Shown here: piece by piece, positions 23,127-33,472 of the stretch
How the letters are laid out: each line of letters begins with the position of its first letter
How positions within the stretch are numbered: position 1 is the stretch's first letter
Assembly (NCBI GenBank): GCA_950096615.1
Contig: CATNCP010000002.1
Location: 61,270-125,269 of the forward strand
Source: an uncultured Kangiella sp.
Lineage (GTDB): Bacteria > Pseudomonadota > Gammaproteobacteria > Enterobacterales > Kangiellaceae
Direction: 5' to 3'
DNA length: 64,000 nt
Translations under genes and position numbers: made by a program
The notes under the pieces: generated by a model
Told to the model about the DNA's origin: nothing
Databases searched by the model: none
What the model saw: only the letters and a program-made list of their open reading frames with translations

Positions 23127-24581
23127 TTACATATCTTCAGGTGTCATACACGAATCAACCATGTAATCAGGGATTGAGCGTGTGTTAAAGATGCCGAAAT
23201 TCATCAGCGCTGAAGCACCTAGGTGACCATCACCGATACTGCCACCAGATCCACCGCCAGCAAATGAAATATTATCCCAATCATTTTGTGAGGCATCAAA
23301 GTAGCCAACATAAACCGATGATTGAAGTGAACCATTATTATTAACATCAAGGTTCGAACTAGCAGTACCCGTCAACCAGTTACCGCTACGACGGACACTG
23401 TAGTCAGCTAGATCAGCCTCAGTTGTTCCACCGTAACCTGACATGGCGCTAAACTCGTTCATGTTTCCAGAGATAGCATTGATTTTAAGGCGAGAGTAAT
23501 CAACGACACCTGAAGTACCGTCGACGGTCAAACCAGGCATTTGATAGTCGTAGCTCATGATGCTGAGGTAATTAAGCTTACGGTTAGCATTTTCATCACC
23601 GCCGTGCATTAATCCTAAGTTATGACCAAATTCATGCATCAGAGTTCCAGCTTGTTGTTGTGTGGTACCACCTGGGGTTGGCCACTGACCTAATGAAACA
23701 ATAAAGTCATGAGCTGGAATACCACGAGAAATACCACTTGAAGAACCTCCATTATATTGATCAACAAACAGAGCGTAATGGAACAATTTACTGCGACGAG
23801 GTTTAAAGTATTTGTTCTTAATGACATCAAAGTCGGTCCAGACAGGACTTAAATTACTGTCTTCATCGGAAGCTGAGATACGATCATCAAGATCGATTGC
23901 AAGTGTTATACCAGTAGTACCGTCAGGATTGGACACTGGAGCATCTGCAAACGCTTGAATAACTTGATCCAACGCAGCTTGATCTGGCTTAAACGCTTGG
24001 TAATAGTCGGCTTCTATAAGAATGGTTTTACGACGAGGGTTAGCCCCATAGTAACGCAAATCAACGCCGTCATAACCAAAGATTTCTGCAGCATCACTCA
24101 GACGGTCGCCATCAGTATCGCTATTATAAGGATTTGTGCCATATCGGTTTTCAGCCGAATTACAAATTGAATCTCCATCACTATCTGGGCTACCGTATGG
24201 GCATAGGTAGATTATCGGAGCATCACTAACGTAATAGGTTTTACCGTCATTAGTGACTTTTTTATAGTCTGGCTTATGGTAGAAAGTACGAGTGATATAG
24301 CCAGGCTTTGATACTGAGAAAGTAACGGCTTCTTCCCCACTGGCTGGCGAAATGAACTTAGTGTTGGCACTACCGTTACGATCGCCGTAAGCATCAAACA
24401 CGTAAAAACCAGAGTTGTCAGTACCCTCAGGAAAGCCGCAGGCGTTACCTGAACAATTGCCTTTGACGACAGAAACTTTAGCCTGATAAACCCCTGATCC
24501 GGTATTGGCATCCTTTACTGTGCCATAAATACAGCCGTTGGTGAGAACTGCCGAAGCAGCTAATATTAATAGTTTTTTCAT
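23127..24581 (-). CDS. Secreted lipoprotein zinc metalloprotease (metzincin-type) with TSP3-like Ca-binding repeats
   Basis: Lipobox-like TNG|C; DSDGDSICNSAE and DTDGDRLSDAAE repeats; HEFGHNLGLMH (HExxHxxGxxH) followed by SIMSY (Met-turn). Confidence 0.8.
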   Translation of the reverse strand: MKKLLILAASAVLTNGCIYGTVKDANTGSGVYQAKVSVVKGNCSGNACGFPEGTDNSGFYVFDAYGDRNGSANTKFISPASGEEAVTFSVSKPGYITRTFYHKPDYKKVTNDGKTYYVSDAPIIYLCPYGSPDSDGDSICNSAENRYGTNPYNSDTDGDRLSDAAEIFGYDGVDLRYYGANPRRKTILIEADYYQAFKPDQAALDQVIQAFADAPVSNPDGTTGITLAIDLDDRISASDEDSNLSPVWTDFDVIKNKYFKPRRSKLFHYALFVDQYNGGSSSGISRGIPAHDFIVSLGQWPTPGGTTQQQAGTLMHEFGHNLGLMHGGDENANRKLNYLSIMSYDYQMPGLTVDGTSGVVDYSRLKINAISGNMNEFSAMSGYGGTTEADLADYSVRRSGNWLTGTASSNLDVNNNGSLQSSVYVGYFDASQNDWDNISFAGGGSGGSIGDGHLGASALMNFGIFNTRSIPDYMVDSCMTPEDM

Positions 24582-24775
24582 TTCAATCTCCTTTGAAATT
24601 TTCCTGTGAAAAGCTTCTTCTATGAAGCAGTACCAGCTTAAAGGGTAGCGATGAATGAAAGAAGAGGATAAAACTTAAAAAAAAGTAAGAGATCGCTTAA
24701 AAGTGTATTCTACATAAGCCAAAAACGGTTATAAGTGTTAAAATACGCGCTTAAATTCAACTAATTAGAATAATT

Positions 24776-26167
24776 ATGGCACTTAGCGTAGTTATATTGG
24801 CTGCGGGGAAAGGAACCCGTATGCGCTCAAACTTGCCTAAAGTATTACACCCTATAGCTGGTTGCTCGATGTTAGAGCATGTGATTAATACCGCAGAAAA
24901 ACTTAACCCTCAAAAGATTGTAGTGGTCGCTGGGCATGGTATTGAGCACGTAAAACAACAACTTAGCGAGTCTTCCGTTACTATTGTTGAGCAAGCTGAA
25001 CAACTGGGTACGGGGCACGCTGTAGATCAGGCCCTACCGGTTATTGATGATGCTGATCAAGTATTGGTTCTCTATGGTGACGTTCCTCTAATTAAAGATT
25101 CTACTCTGAATGAACTTATCCAACTCCAACCTAATTCAGGCATCGGGCTGTTAACGGTAAAACTGGATAATCCAATGGGTTACGGTCGAATTATCCGTAA
25201 TGAGAACAACGAAGTAACGCAAATTGTTGAGCAAAAAGACGCTAATGAAGAGCAACTAAAAGTAACCGAAGTCAATACCGGTATTTTGTGTGCAAGCGCT
25301 AAGTCATTGAAAGACTGGCTGAGTAATATTGATAACAATAATGCTCAAGGTGAGTATTATTTAACCGATTGTATTGCGATGGCCGCTCAAGGAGCTGGAG
25401 TGCAGGCTTGCCACCCTACTTCTGCGATTGAAGTTGAAGGCGTCAACAGTCGTGTACAACTCGCTCAGTTAGAGCGTCGCTATCAAGAAGCTAAGGCACT
25501 AGAGTTATTAGAGCAAGGTGTAACTTTGCTCGATCCTGCCCGTTTGGACATTCGTGGCGAACTAAAGTGTGCTAGCGATGTCTTGATAGATGTTAACGTG
25601 ATCATTGAAGGTTCTGTCACCATTGAATCTGGCGCGACTATTGGGGCAAACGTTATATTGAAAGACTGTACGGTAGGTCAAGACTCTGTTATTAAACCCA
25701 ACACCATGGTTGAAGATGCAGTAATCGGCAAGCAATGTTCGGTAGGGCCTTTTGCTAGAATTCGCCCAGGAACAATTCTGGAAGACGAAGCCTTTATTGG
25801 TAACTTTGTTGAGACTAAGAAAACGGTTCTGGGCAAAGGCAGTAAAGCAAGCCACTTAACTTACCTTGGTGATGCCAACATTGGGCAAGGCGTTAATGTT
25901 GGGGCTGGCGTGATTACCTGTAATTACGACGGTGCTAATAAATTTGTAACGACGATTGAGGATGGCGCATTTATTGGCTCAGACTCTCAGTTAGTGGCAC
26001 CTGTTACAATCGGTCGAAATGCTACGGTGGGTGCCGGAACAACCGTCACAAAAGATATTCCTGCGGAAGATTTGTGTATCAGCCGCACGCCACAAAAGCT
26101 TATTTCAGGCTGGCAAAGGCCAGTGAAAGAAACGACTAAAAGCAAAAAAAATGAGGAAAAGCAGTAA
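24776..26167 (+). CDS. glmU: Bifunctional UDP-GlcNAc pyrophosphorylase / glucosamine-1-P acetyltransferase
   Basis: [16 protein letters not shown], hexapeptide repeats, TCNYDGANK. Confidence 0.99.
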   Translation: MALSVVILAAGKGTRMRSNLPKVLHPIAGCSMLEHVINTAEKLNPQKIVVVAGHGIEHVKQQLSESSVTIVEQAEQLGTGHAVDQALPVIDDADQVLVLYGDVPLIKDSTLNELIQLQPNSGIGLLTVKLDNPMGYGRIIRNENNEVTQIVEQKDANEEQLKVTEVNTGILCASAKSLKDWLSNIDNNNAQGEYYLTDCIAMAAQGAGVQACHPTSAIEVEGVNSRVQLAQLERRYQEAKALELLEQGVTLLDPARLDIRGELKCASDVLIDVNVIIEGSVTIESGATIGANVILKDCTVGQDSVIKPNTMVEDAVIGKQCSVGPFARIRPGTILEDEAFIGNFVETKKTVLGKGSKASHLTYLGDANIGQGVNVGAGVITCNYDGANKFVTTIEDGAFIGSDSQLVAPVTIGRNATVGAGTTVTKDIPAEDLCISRTPQKLISGWQRPVKETTKSKKNEEKQ

Positions 26168-27996
26168 TGTGCGGAATTGTTGGTGCAATCGCGCAACGTG
26201 ATGTTAGCGATATATTGGTGGAAGGCTTAAAGCGACTAGAATACCGCGGTTATGATTCTGCCGGTGTCGCCATTTATCACGATGGACAAATTAAACGAAT
26301 TCGACGTGCAGGTAAAGTCTCGGAACTAAAAGAAGCTTTAAAGCAAAGTCCAATCGACGGTGGTTTGGGTATTGCGCATACACGATGGGCAACGCATGGT
26401 GAGCCAAATGAAAAAAACGCACACCCGCATATGTCAGAAGACAACATTGCTTTAGTTCATAACGGTATCATCGAAAATCATGATGAGCTTCGCGATGAAT
26501 TAAAAGCAAAGGGTTACCGCTTTGAGTCTGACACAGACACAGAAGTCATAGCGCATTGCCTCCATGAAGCCCTTAAAGAGCACGACACTTTATTAAAAGC
26601 ACTTTTGGCGACCACGAAAAAATTGAAGGGTGCTTATGGAACTGTTGCCATTGATGCAAGTCAGCCAGACAAAATGGTTGTTGCACGTTCAGGCAGCCCC
26701 CTCGTCATCGGTAAAGGTATTGGCGAATACTTTGTTGCCTCAGATCAGCTTGCGTTATTGCCTGTTACTCGTGACTTTATGTATTTAGAAGAAGGTGAAG
26801 TTGCTGAAGTACGTCGTGACGGTATTACCTTATTGAATGCTCATGGTGAGGCCATTGAGCGTGAGTTTGAAACATCAGATATTCAGCATGATGCGGTCGA
26901 TAAAGGCAATTATCGCCACTTTATGCTTAAAGAAATCTTTGAGCAACCTTCAGTCGTTGCAGAAACCTTAGAGGGTCGCATTGTTGATCATGAGGTTTAT
27001 GTTGAAACCTTGGGTGAAAACGCGGCAAAGGTCTTTGAGCAGGTAGACGCGCTACAAATTATTGCGTGTGGTACGAGTTATCATGCGGCGTTGGTGGCGA
27101 AGTATTGGGTGGAACAATACTTAAGAATCCCTTGTTTAGTAGAGATTGCGAGTGAGTATCGCTACCGCGAAACGGCCGTTTTACCAAATAGTTTATTTAT
27201 AACGATTTCACAGTCTGGCGAAACCGCCGATACGTTAGCCGCATTGAATAAGGCTAAAGGGGAAGGATATTTAGGGAGCTTAACCGTATGTAACTCCCCT
27301 GCCTCATCAATGGTTCGTGAATCTGATTTTACCCTGTTGACTCGGGCGGGTGCTGAAATTGGCGTGGCATCGACCAAAGCATTTACCGCGCAATTAGTAT
27401 CATTATTGCTATTAATGGTGTCGATTGGTAAGGCAAAAGGCATGGCTAAAGAGGTTGAGCATCAGATTGTTGAAGCCCTAGAGCATTTGCCTAATGAAAT
27501 TCAAAAGGCGTTAGATCAAGCAGACGATATCGATCGTTTGTCACAAGCTTTTGCAGAAAAGAATCACACATTGTTTTTAGGTCGTGGTCAGCAGTATCCG
27601 ATTGCAATGGAAGCGGCTTTGAAACTCAAAGAAATTTCATATATTCATGCCGAAGCTTACGCTGCAGGCGAATTGAAGCACGGGCCATTGGCATTAATCG
27701 ATAAGGAAATGCCGACCGTTGTGGTAGCGCCCAACGATAATCTGCTTGAGAAGTTGAAGTCAAACGTTGAAGAAGTACGCTCCAGAGGGGGTAACCTCTT
27801 TGTTTTTGCGGACAAGTCAGCTAATATTCAGGAGTCTAATGGTATAACCGTATTCCCCGTGGATAGCCAATACTCGATTACGGCGCCTATGGTCTATACA
27901 GTGCCTATGCAGTTGCTGTCCTATTATGTAGCGGTGATTAAAGGAACGGATGTTGATCAACCAAGAAATTTAGCGAAGTCAGTGACTGTCGAATAA
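26167..27996 (+). CDS. glmS: Glutamine-fructose-6-phosphate aminotransferase
   Basis: [24 protein letters not shown]-terminal [11 protein letters not shown]; TAATG overlap with glmU. Confidence 0.99.
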   Translation: MCGIVGAIAQRDVSDILVEGLKRLEYRGYDSAGVAIYHDGQIKRIRRAGKVSELKEALKQSPIDGGLGIAHTRWATHGEPNEKNAHPHMSEDNIALVHNGIIENHDELRDELKAKGYRFESDTDTEVIAHCLHEALKEHDTLLKALLATTKKLKGAYGTVAIDASQPDKMVVARSGSPLVIGKGIGEYFVASDQLALLPVTRDFMYLEEGEVAEVRRDGITLLNAHGEAIEREFETSDIQHDAVDKGNYRHFMLKEIFEQPSVVAETLEGRIVDHEVYVETLGENAAKVFEQVDALQIIACGTSYHAALVAKYWVEQYLRIPCLVEIASEYRYRETAVLPNSLFITISQSGETADTLAALNKAKGEGYLGSLTVCNSPASSMVRESDFTLLTRAGAEIGVASTKAFTAQLVSLLLLMVSIGKAKGMAKEVEHQIVEALEHLPNEIQKALDQADDIDRLSQAFAEKNHTLFLGRGQQYPIAMEAALKLKEISYIHAEAYAAGELKHGPLALIDKEMPTVVVAPNDNLLEKLKSNVEEVRSRGGNLFVFADKSANIQESNGITVFPVDSQYSITAPMVYTVPMQLLSYYVAVIKGTDVDQPRNLAKSVTVE

Positions 27997-28025
27997 TCAG
28001 GAGTTTTATTACAGTGAAAATCTTA
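27961..28025 (+). other. attTn7-type site (3' end of glmS), unoccupied
   Basis: Conserved glmS C-terminal coding sequence is the TnsD target; no Tn7 ends or tns genes follow. Confidence 0.55.
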
Positions 28026-28697
28026 AAAATAGCTACAATCTTATTAGCATCTGTCGTGGTTTCATTAAGCGGATGCTCAAATGAGACCGAAGAACAAAAA
28101 CCGCAACAAAAAGCCGATACCAAGAAAGTATCTCAGCCTGCGGATAAAAAACCAGCAATGACCCCAGGGGTTAAAGAAGGTGTTGATTATTCGGTAATGC
28201 CGAACCAAGAGGCTACTGATGAGCCGGTGGTTTATGAATTCTTTTCATACACTTGCCCGCATTGCTACAACTTAGAACCTGTTATGCTGGATTGGAAAAA
28301 GAATTACAAGTCTGACCAAGTTCGTTTCCAGCAAATCCCAGTTTTCATTCCACAAGTGGAGCACTTAACGTATGGGTTTTATACTGCAGAAACGTTAGGC
28401 GTGCTTGAGGAAGTTCACGCTAATATTTTCAATGAATGGCATGCTAAGAAAAATATCATCAGAACAAAGGAGCAGCTTGTTCCTATTTTTCAAGCAGCTG
28501 GCGTATCAAAAAGTGAGTTTGAGGAAACCTATGCCTCAGCAGAGGTAGAAGCAAAAGTTGCTGAGGCCAAGGCTTTGATGGCTCAATTCCAGGTGACCAG
28601 CTTCCCACTATTAATTGTGAACGAAAAGTACCAAGTGACGTCTTACCAGAATCTAGAAGACTTATTGGGCAACTTTGCTATTAACAACACGAAATAA
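28014..28697 (+). CDS. dsbA: DsbA-family thiol:disulfide oxidoreductase, lipoprotein form
   Basis: Lipobox LSG|C; EFFSYTCPHCY; cis-Pro loop SFP. Confidence 0.88.
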   Translation: MKILKIATILLASVVVSLSGCSNETEEQKPQQKADTKKVSQPADKKPAMTPGVKEGVDYSVMPNQEATDEPVVYEFFSYTCPHCYNLEPVMLDWKKNYKSDQVRFQQIPVFIPQVEHLTYGFYTAETLGVLEEVHANIFNEWHAKKNIIRTKEQLVPIFQAAGVSKSEFEETYASAEVEAKVAEAKALMAQFQVTSFPLLIVNEKYQVTSYQNLEDLLGNFAINNTK

Positions 28698-28729
28698 TTA
28701 TTGTAAAACAAAGGTTTACGAGGAAATTT

Positions 28730-29332
28730 ATGAAATCAAAAAGTTTATTAGTTTTAGGCTTGGCGGCCCTGTTTTCGCTAGGATCGTTCACTGCCAAGGC
28801 AGAGGTTAAAGCCGGAACAGATTACTCGGCAATCAGTGGCAAAGAAGCAAGTGCGAAACCTCATGTTTACGAATTTTTCTCGTACACTTGTCCGCACTGT
28901 TATAACCTAGAGCCAGTTTTGAATAAGTGGAAAGAAAGCTCTAAGCCTGACGCTGTAAAATTTGAACAAGTACCTGTATTTATGAGCCGTGCTCCACACT
29001 TAACATACGGTTACTATGTTGCTGAGGTACTTGGCGTAAAAGATAAAGTTCATACAGCAATTTTTCATCAATGGCATGCCGAAAAAAACATTGTTCGCTC
29101 AAAAGAAGATCTGATTCCGATCTTTAAAGAGGCTGGGGTTTCCGAGGAAGACTTTGAGAAAGCTTATAGCTCTTTTGGTGTAGAGAGCAAAGTTCAGTAT
29201 GCTAAAAAATTAGCAAGAGACTTTAAAGTGATTAGCTTCCCTATGGTTATTGTTAATAAGAAATACAAGCTTGAACGATACGATAATATCAACGAGATGT
29301 TAGGAAGCTTTGCTTTAGAAAACACTAAGTAA
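28730..29332 (+). CDS. dsbA: DsbA-family thiol:disulfide oxidoreductase, soluble periplasmic form
   Basis: Sec signal ending AKA; EFFSYTCPHCY; SFP. Confidence 0.9.
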   Translation: MKSKSLLVLGLAALFSLGSFTAKAEVKAGTDYSAISGKEASAKPHVYEFFSYTCPHCYNLEPVLNKWKESSKPDAVKFEQVPVFMSRAPHLTYGYYVAEVLGVKDKVHTAIFHQWHAEKNIVRSKEDLIPIFKEAGVSEEDFEKAYSSFGVESKVQYAKKLARDFKVISFPMVIVNKKYKLERYDNINEMLGSFALENTK

Positions 29333-29355
29333 TCTAGAGCTTAGGTTCGAAATTT

Positions 29356-29383
29356 AAAATGCCAGTTTTAACTGGCATTTTTT
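29356..29383 (+). terminator. Rho-independent terminator after the dsbA pair
   Basis: AAAATGCCAGT-ttta-ACTGGCATTTT plus T-run. Confidence 0.85.
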
Positions 29384-29460
29384 ATGGTTATACTAAAGAG
29401 AATAATAAAAAATAGAAGAATTTCTCTAGATTAATTAGTTTAACTCATGCAGAAATTTCT

Positions 29461-30396
29461 ATGACAGCTCCAATAGACCGCCCTAACAACAAAAGTAAAG
29501 GTAAATCAGTCCAGTCTGATCCCTTTAAAGTGAAACTTATCTGTAGTTTCATCAGTTTTTTTTCTACTATGCCCGCATTTGTAGGCAGGGGCTTTGCTTG
29601 GTTTTTTGCCGTTTGTTCAAAACTATTTCGTACGCGTAGTTACACCACAAGTATAAAAAACCTTAGTCTATGTTGCGCCGAAAAGTCAGAAAAAGACCGT
29701 GAAAGAATTGCATTTGCTAGCCTTAAACATACCGGTAAACTTTTCTTTGAAGTAGCTAAAATTTGGAGGAAATGTCAGGGAGAACGCTTTATAGGTAGGA
29801 TTTATGGTGAAGAGCTAGTAAAAGATACACTAGATAATAACCAAGGCGTGTTGTTTACCGGATCACATATTGGTAATTGGGAAGTCGCTTTGTATTATTT
29901 AGGAAGCCGTTTTCCATTTCACTGTATGTACCGCCCTCCTCGCCAGCAAGAGATGGATGAGGTAATAAATGTCGGTCGCTGTCAAAATGATACCACTATG
30001 GTTAAGGGTGATAGTCGAGGTGTGATGCATCTAATCAACATCTTAAAAAGTGGTGAAGTTGCTGCTGTATTAAGTGACCAAGAACCAGGACGTCGCGCAG
30101 GGGTTTTTGTGCCTTTCTGTGGTAAGGAAGCTCTTACCATGACCATTGTGCAACGAATCCAGCAGAAAAGTAATGCGCACTTATTTCAGGTAGCTGCGAT
30201 TAAAAGTGATGACGATCTATATGACATTCACTTAATACCTATTGATATCGATATGCAGGCTTCTGAAGAGGAGTATGCCGAAGAAGTTAATAAGCAGCTG
30301 GAAATGATGATAAAAAAATACCCAGAGCAGTATCAATGGTCTTATAAACGGTTTAAAACTACTGAGTGTGGCGGACCAAACCCCTATCAAAAGTAA
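29461..30396 (+). CDS. Lipid A late acyltransferase-family (LpxL/HtrB-like) lysophospholipid acyltransferase
   Basis: SHIGNWE, LSDQEP, FVPFCG, YPEQYQWSYKRFKT. Confidence 0.85.
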   Translation: MTAPIDRPNNKSKGKSVQSDPFKVKLICSFISFFSTMPAFVGRGFAWFFAVCSKLFRTRSYTTSIKNLSLCCAEKSEKDRERIAFASLKHTGKLFFEVAKIWRKCQGERFIGRIYGEELVKDTLDNNQGVLFTGSHIGNWEVALYYLGSRFPFHCMYRPPRQQEMDEVINVGRCQNDTTMVKGDSRGVMHLINILKSGEVAAVLSDQEPGRRAGVFVPFCGKEALTMTIVQRIQQKSNAHLFQVAAIKSDDDLYDIHLIPIDIDMQASEEEYAEEVNKQLEMMIKKYPEQYQWSYKRFKTTECGGPNPYQK

Positions 30397-30439
30397 GAGC
30401 TGTAATTTATTAAGCTGGTAAATTAAGTGGCTAACTAAA

Positions 30440-31888
30440 TTAACGACGCCAGAAATACGGGGTGAATAATACGAGTAAAGTAAATATCTCTAATCGTCCC
30501 AAAAGCATCGCAAAGCTTAAAATATATTTGGTAAAGTCGTTTAATCCACTATAGTTAACCGCAACCTCACCAAGGCCTGGACCAAGGTTGTTTAGGCACG
30601 CCGCTACTGCAGAAAATGCGGTAATCTGATCAATGCCATTCGCCATGAGTAGAATCATTAAAATCAAAAATAGCATGACGTAAGTAGCGAAAAAGCCCCA
30701 AACCGCTTGAACCACACGGTCGCTGACTGAGGTTTTGCCCAGTTTAATCAGGAAAACTCCAGTTGGGTGAACCAGTCGTTTAATCTCACGGAAGCCTTGC
30801 TTAAAAAGCAGTACGATGCGGATAATTTTGATACCGCCGCCAGTGGATGCGGCGCACGCTCCGGCAAAGCTGGTTAGTATTAAGAGCACCGGTAAAAAAC
30901 TTGGCCAAGCACTAAAGTCAGAGCTGGCGAAGCCTGTGGTGGTGGCTATCGATACTGTGTGGAAAATACTTTTAACTAGGCCTTCAGAGAAGTCAAAACG
31001 GTTATAAACCAGTAAGACCGTGAGGCAAATTAAAGTAATGCTGACCAGCATTACAAGATAGCTTCTAAACTCAGGATCTTTAAAGTAAGGAGTTAAGCTA
31101 AGGCGGCGAACGACCATAAAGTGCAGTGAGAAGTTGACGCCAGATAGCAGCATGAATAGTGAAGCAATCAACTCAATGCTAGCGCTATCGAAATACCCTA
31201 TGCTGGCATCGTGAGGAGAAAATCCGCCGATGGCAACCGTTGAGAAACTGTGGGCCAATGCGTCAAACGGTGTCATCCCTGCTAACCAATAAGAAACACC
31301 ACACGCGATAGTTAACCCTAAATAAATATACCAAAGGGCCTTAGCAGTTCCTGCGATTCGAGGCGTGAGTTTGTTGTCTTTCATCGGACCTGGGGTTTCA
31401 GCACGATAAAGCTGCATGCCACCAATACCCAGCATCGGAAGAATTGCCACAGCTAAGACAATGATACCCATACCGCCAAGCCATTGAAGTTGCTGGCGAT
31501 AATATAGGATAGAGTGCGGCAAGGTGTCGAGCCCGCTAATGACCGTTGCCCCTGTAGTGGTTAATCCGGAGAATGCCTCAAAAACAGAGTCAGCTAGAGA
31601 CATTTCGATGGTGTTCATGAGCAGAAACGGTACGGCTCCCATCAAGCTTAATACTGTCCAGAACAGGACAACCACCAAAAAGCCATCACGAACCTTGAGT
31701 TCGCTTTTAGCGCGTCTTTTGGGGAAATAAATAGTGAAACCAAAAATAATGGTTAAAAAGAAAGTTAGAACAAAAGCGCTACCGCCACCATCTTGATAGA
31801 TTAATGCGACAATGCTCGGCGGAATCATGGTTAAGCTAAAGACCATGATGAGCAAGCCTAAAATCCGTGTAATGGTAGCAAACTGCAT
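30440..31888 (-). CDS. trkH: Trk potassium uptake membrane protein
   Basis: Filter segments SGLTTTG, STVAIGG, ATTTGF, LNNLGPG; GRLEIFT. Confidence 0.97.
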   Translation of the reverse strand: MQFATITRILGLLIMVFSLTMIPPSIVALIYQDGGGSAFVLTFFLTIIFGFTIYFPKRRAKSELKVRDGFLVVVLFWTVLSLMGAVPFLLMNTIEMSLADSVFEAFSGLTTTGATVISGLDTLPHSILYYRQQLQWLGGMGIIVLAVAILPMLGIGGMQLYRAETPGPMKDNKLTPRIAGTAKALWYIYLGLTIACGVSYWLAGMTPFDALAHSFSTVAIGGFSPHDASIGYFDSASIELIASLFMLLSGVNFSLHFMVVRRLSLTPYFKDPEFRSYLVMLVSITLICLTVLLVYNRFDFSEGLVKSIFHTVSIATTTGFASSDFSAWPSFLPVLLILTSFAGACAASTGGGIKIIRIVLLFKQGFREIKRLVHPTGVFLIKLGKTSVSDRVVQAVWGFFATYVMLFLILMILLMANGIDQITAFSAVAACLNNLGPGLGEVAVNYSGLNDFTKYILSFAMLLGRLEIFTLLVLFTPYFWRR

Positions 31889-31907
31889 TGAGTATCCCTA
31901 AACGTCG

Positions 31908-33281
31908 CTAAAAATAAGTCACGTTGACTTGGAATAAACGTTCTACATCTTGGATATAGTCTTTATCCACCATGAACAGAACCACGTGATCATTTTCTCG
32001 AATAATCACGTTATCGTGAGCGATCAATACCTGATCATCGCGTACGATAGCACCAATTGAGGTTCCGGGTGGTAGTGCTAGCTCGCTGATAGAGCGGCCG
32101 ATCACCGAAGAGGTTTGTTCATTGCCTTTGGCGATAGCTTCAATAGCTTCGGCAGCACCTCGGCGTAGCGAATAGACGCTGGAAACGTGTCCGCGGCGAA
32201 TGTGCGTTAATAAACTGCCGATAGTGACCTGCTGAGGCGAAATAGCAATATCAATTTCATGCCCCTGGATTAAGTCTACGTATGCGGTTCGGTTAATTAA
32301 CACCATGGTTTTGCGAACGCCGAGCTTCTTGGCCAGTAATGCTGACATGATGTTGGCTTCGTCATCGTTGGTCACTGCAATAAACAGATCGAACTCGCTG
32401 ATGTTTTCATCATTCAACAAGTCTTCATCAGACACATCGCCTTGAAGTACTAAGGTATCTTCGAGATTGTTGGCCAGCTCTTCGGCACGAGCTGGGTCGC
32501 GTTCAATGATTTTTACTAGCATCTTTTTCTCAAGACGCTTTGCTAGACCTTGGCCGATGTTACCGCCGCCAGCAATGATGACGCGTTGATAGTTCTTTTC
32601 GAGTCGCTGAAGCTCGCTCATGACCGAGCGGATATGTTTTTTTGCAGCAAGGAAAAAGACTTCGTCATCAGCCTCAATCACCGTATGGCCGGTCGGCACA
32701 ATCGGTTTGCCGCGTCTAAAAATAGCTGCCACACGAGTGTCGACGTTGGGCAGGTGATGCTTGAGTTCTGATAGAGCGTTGCCGACCAAGGGGCCGCCAT
32801 AATAGGCTTTAACCGCCACCAAACGTAATAAACCATTGGCAAAATCAAGAACCTGAAAAGCTCCTGGATTGTCAACCAGTCGCTCGATGTACTCAGTCAC
32901 CAGCTTTTCAGGACTAATTACAACATCCACCGGGATATGGTTATTGGTGAAAATTTCGTGTTTTTGATGGTAGTTCGAAGAACGGATTCGAGCAATTTTT
33001 GTTGGTGTTTGATACAAGCTGTGAGCAATCTGACAGGCGACCATGTTCACTTCGTCGCTACTAGTCACTGCGACCAACATATCGCTGTCATCAATTCCGG
33101 CATTAGCCAGCACATCAGGATAAGCAGCGTGACCGACGATGGTACGTAGATCCAAGTGATCTTGGATGTAACGCAAGCGCTTAGGGTCTGAGTCGATCAG
33201 CGTAATGTCGTTATTTTCGCCCTCTAAGCTGAGCGCGAGAGTAGTTCCGACTTGGCCGGCACCGAGAATAATAATCTTCAT
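31908..33281 (-). CDS. trkA: Trk potassium uptake regulatory protein (two RCK domains)
   Basis: [31 protein letters not shown]. Confidence 0.98.
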   Translation of the reverse strand: MKIIILGAGQVGTTLALSLEGENNDITLIDSDPKRLRYIQDHLDLRTIVGHAAYPDVLANAGIDDSDMLVAVTSSDEVNMVACQIAHSLYQTPTKIARIRSSNYHQKHEIFTNNHIPVDVVISPEKLVTEYIERLVDNPGAFQVLDFANGLLRLVAVKAYYGGPLVGNALSELKHHLPNVDTRVAAIFRRGKPIVPTGHTVIEADDEVFFLAAKKHIRSVMSELQRLEKNYQRVIIAGGGNIGQGLAKRLEKKMLVKIIERDPARAEELANNLEDTLVLQGDVSDEDLLNDENISEFDLFIAVTNDDEANIMSALLAKKLGVRKTMVLINRTAYVDLIQGHEIDIAISPQQVTIGSLLTHIRRGHVSSVYSLRRGAAEAIEAIAKGNEQTSSVIGRSISELALPPGTSIGAIVRDDQVLIAHDNVIIRENDHVVLFMVDKDYIQDVERLFQVNVTYF

Positions 33282-33472
33282 AACGACAAATAATAAGCCT
33301 TCTTATTAGTATCTGATGCTTATGCTAACGCTATCTGCATGGGATCGGAAGGGTTTTTTAAGGAATATGCGGTTTAATATCAGGGATTTAGAGATAAAAG
33401 TGGACGGCAAAACTCCAAGGATTTCTATGTTGATAGAAAACATGGAGTGGCCATCAGCTGAATAAAACCACC

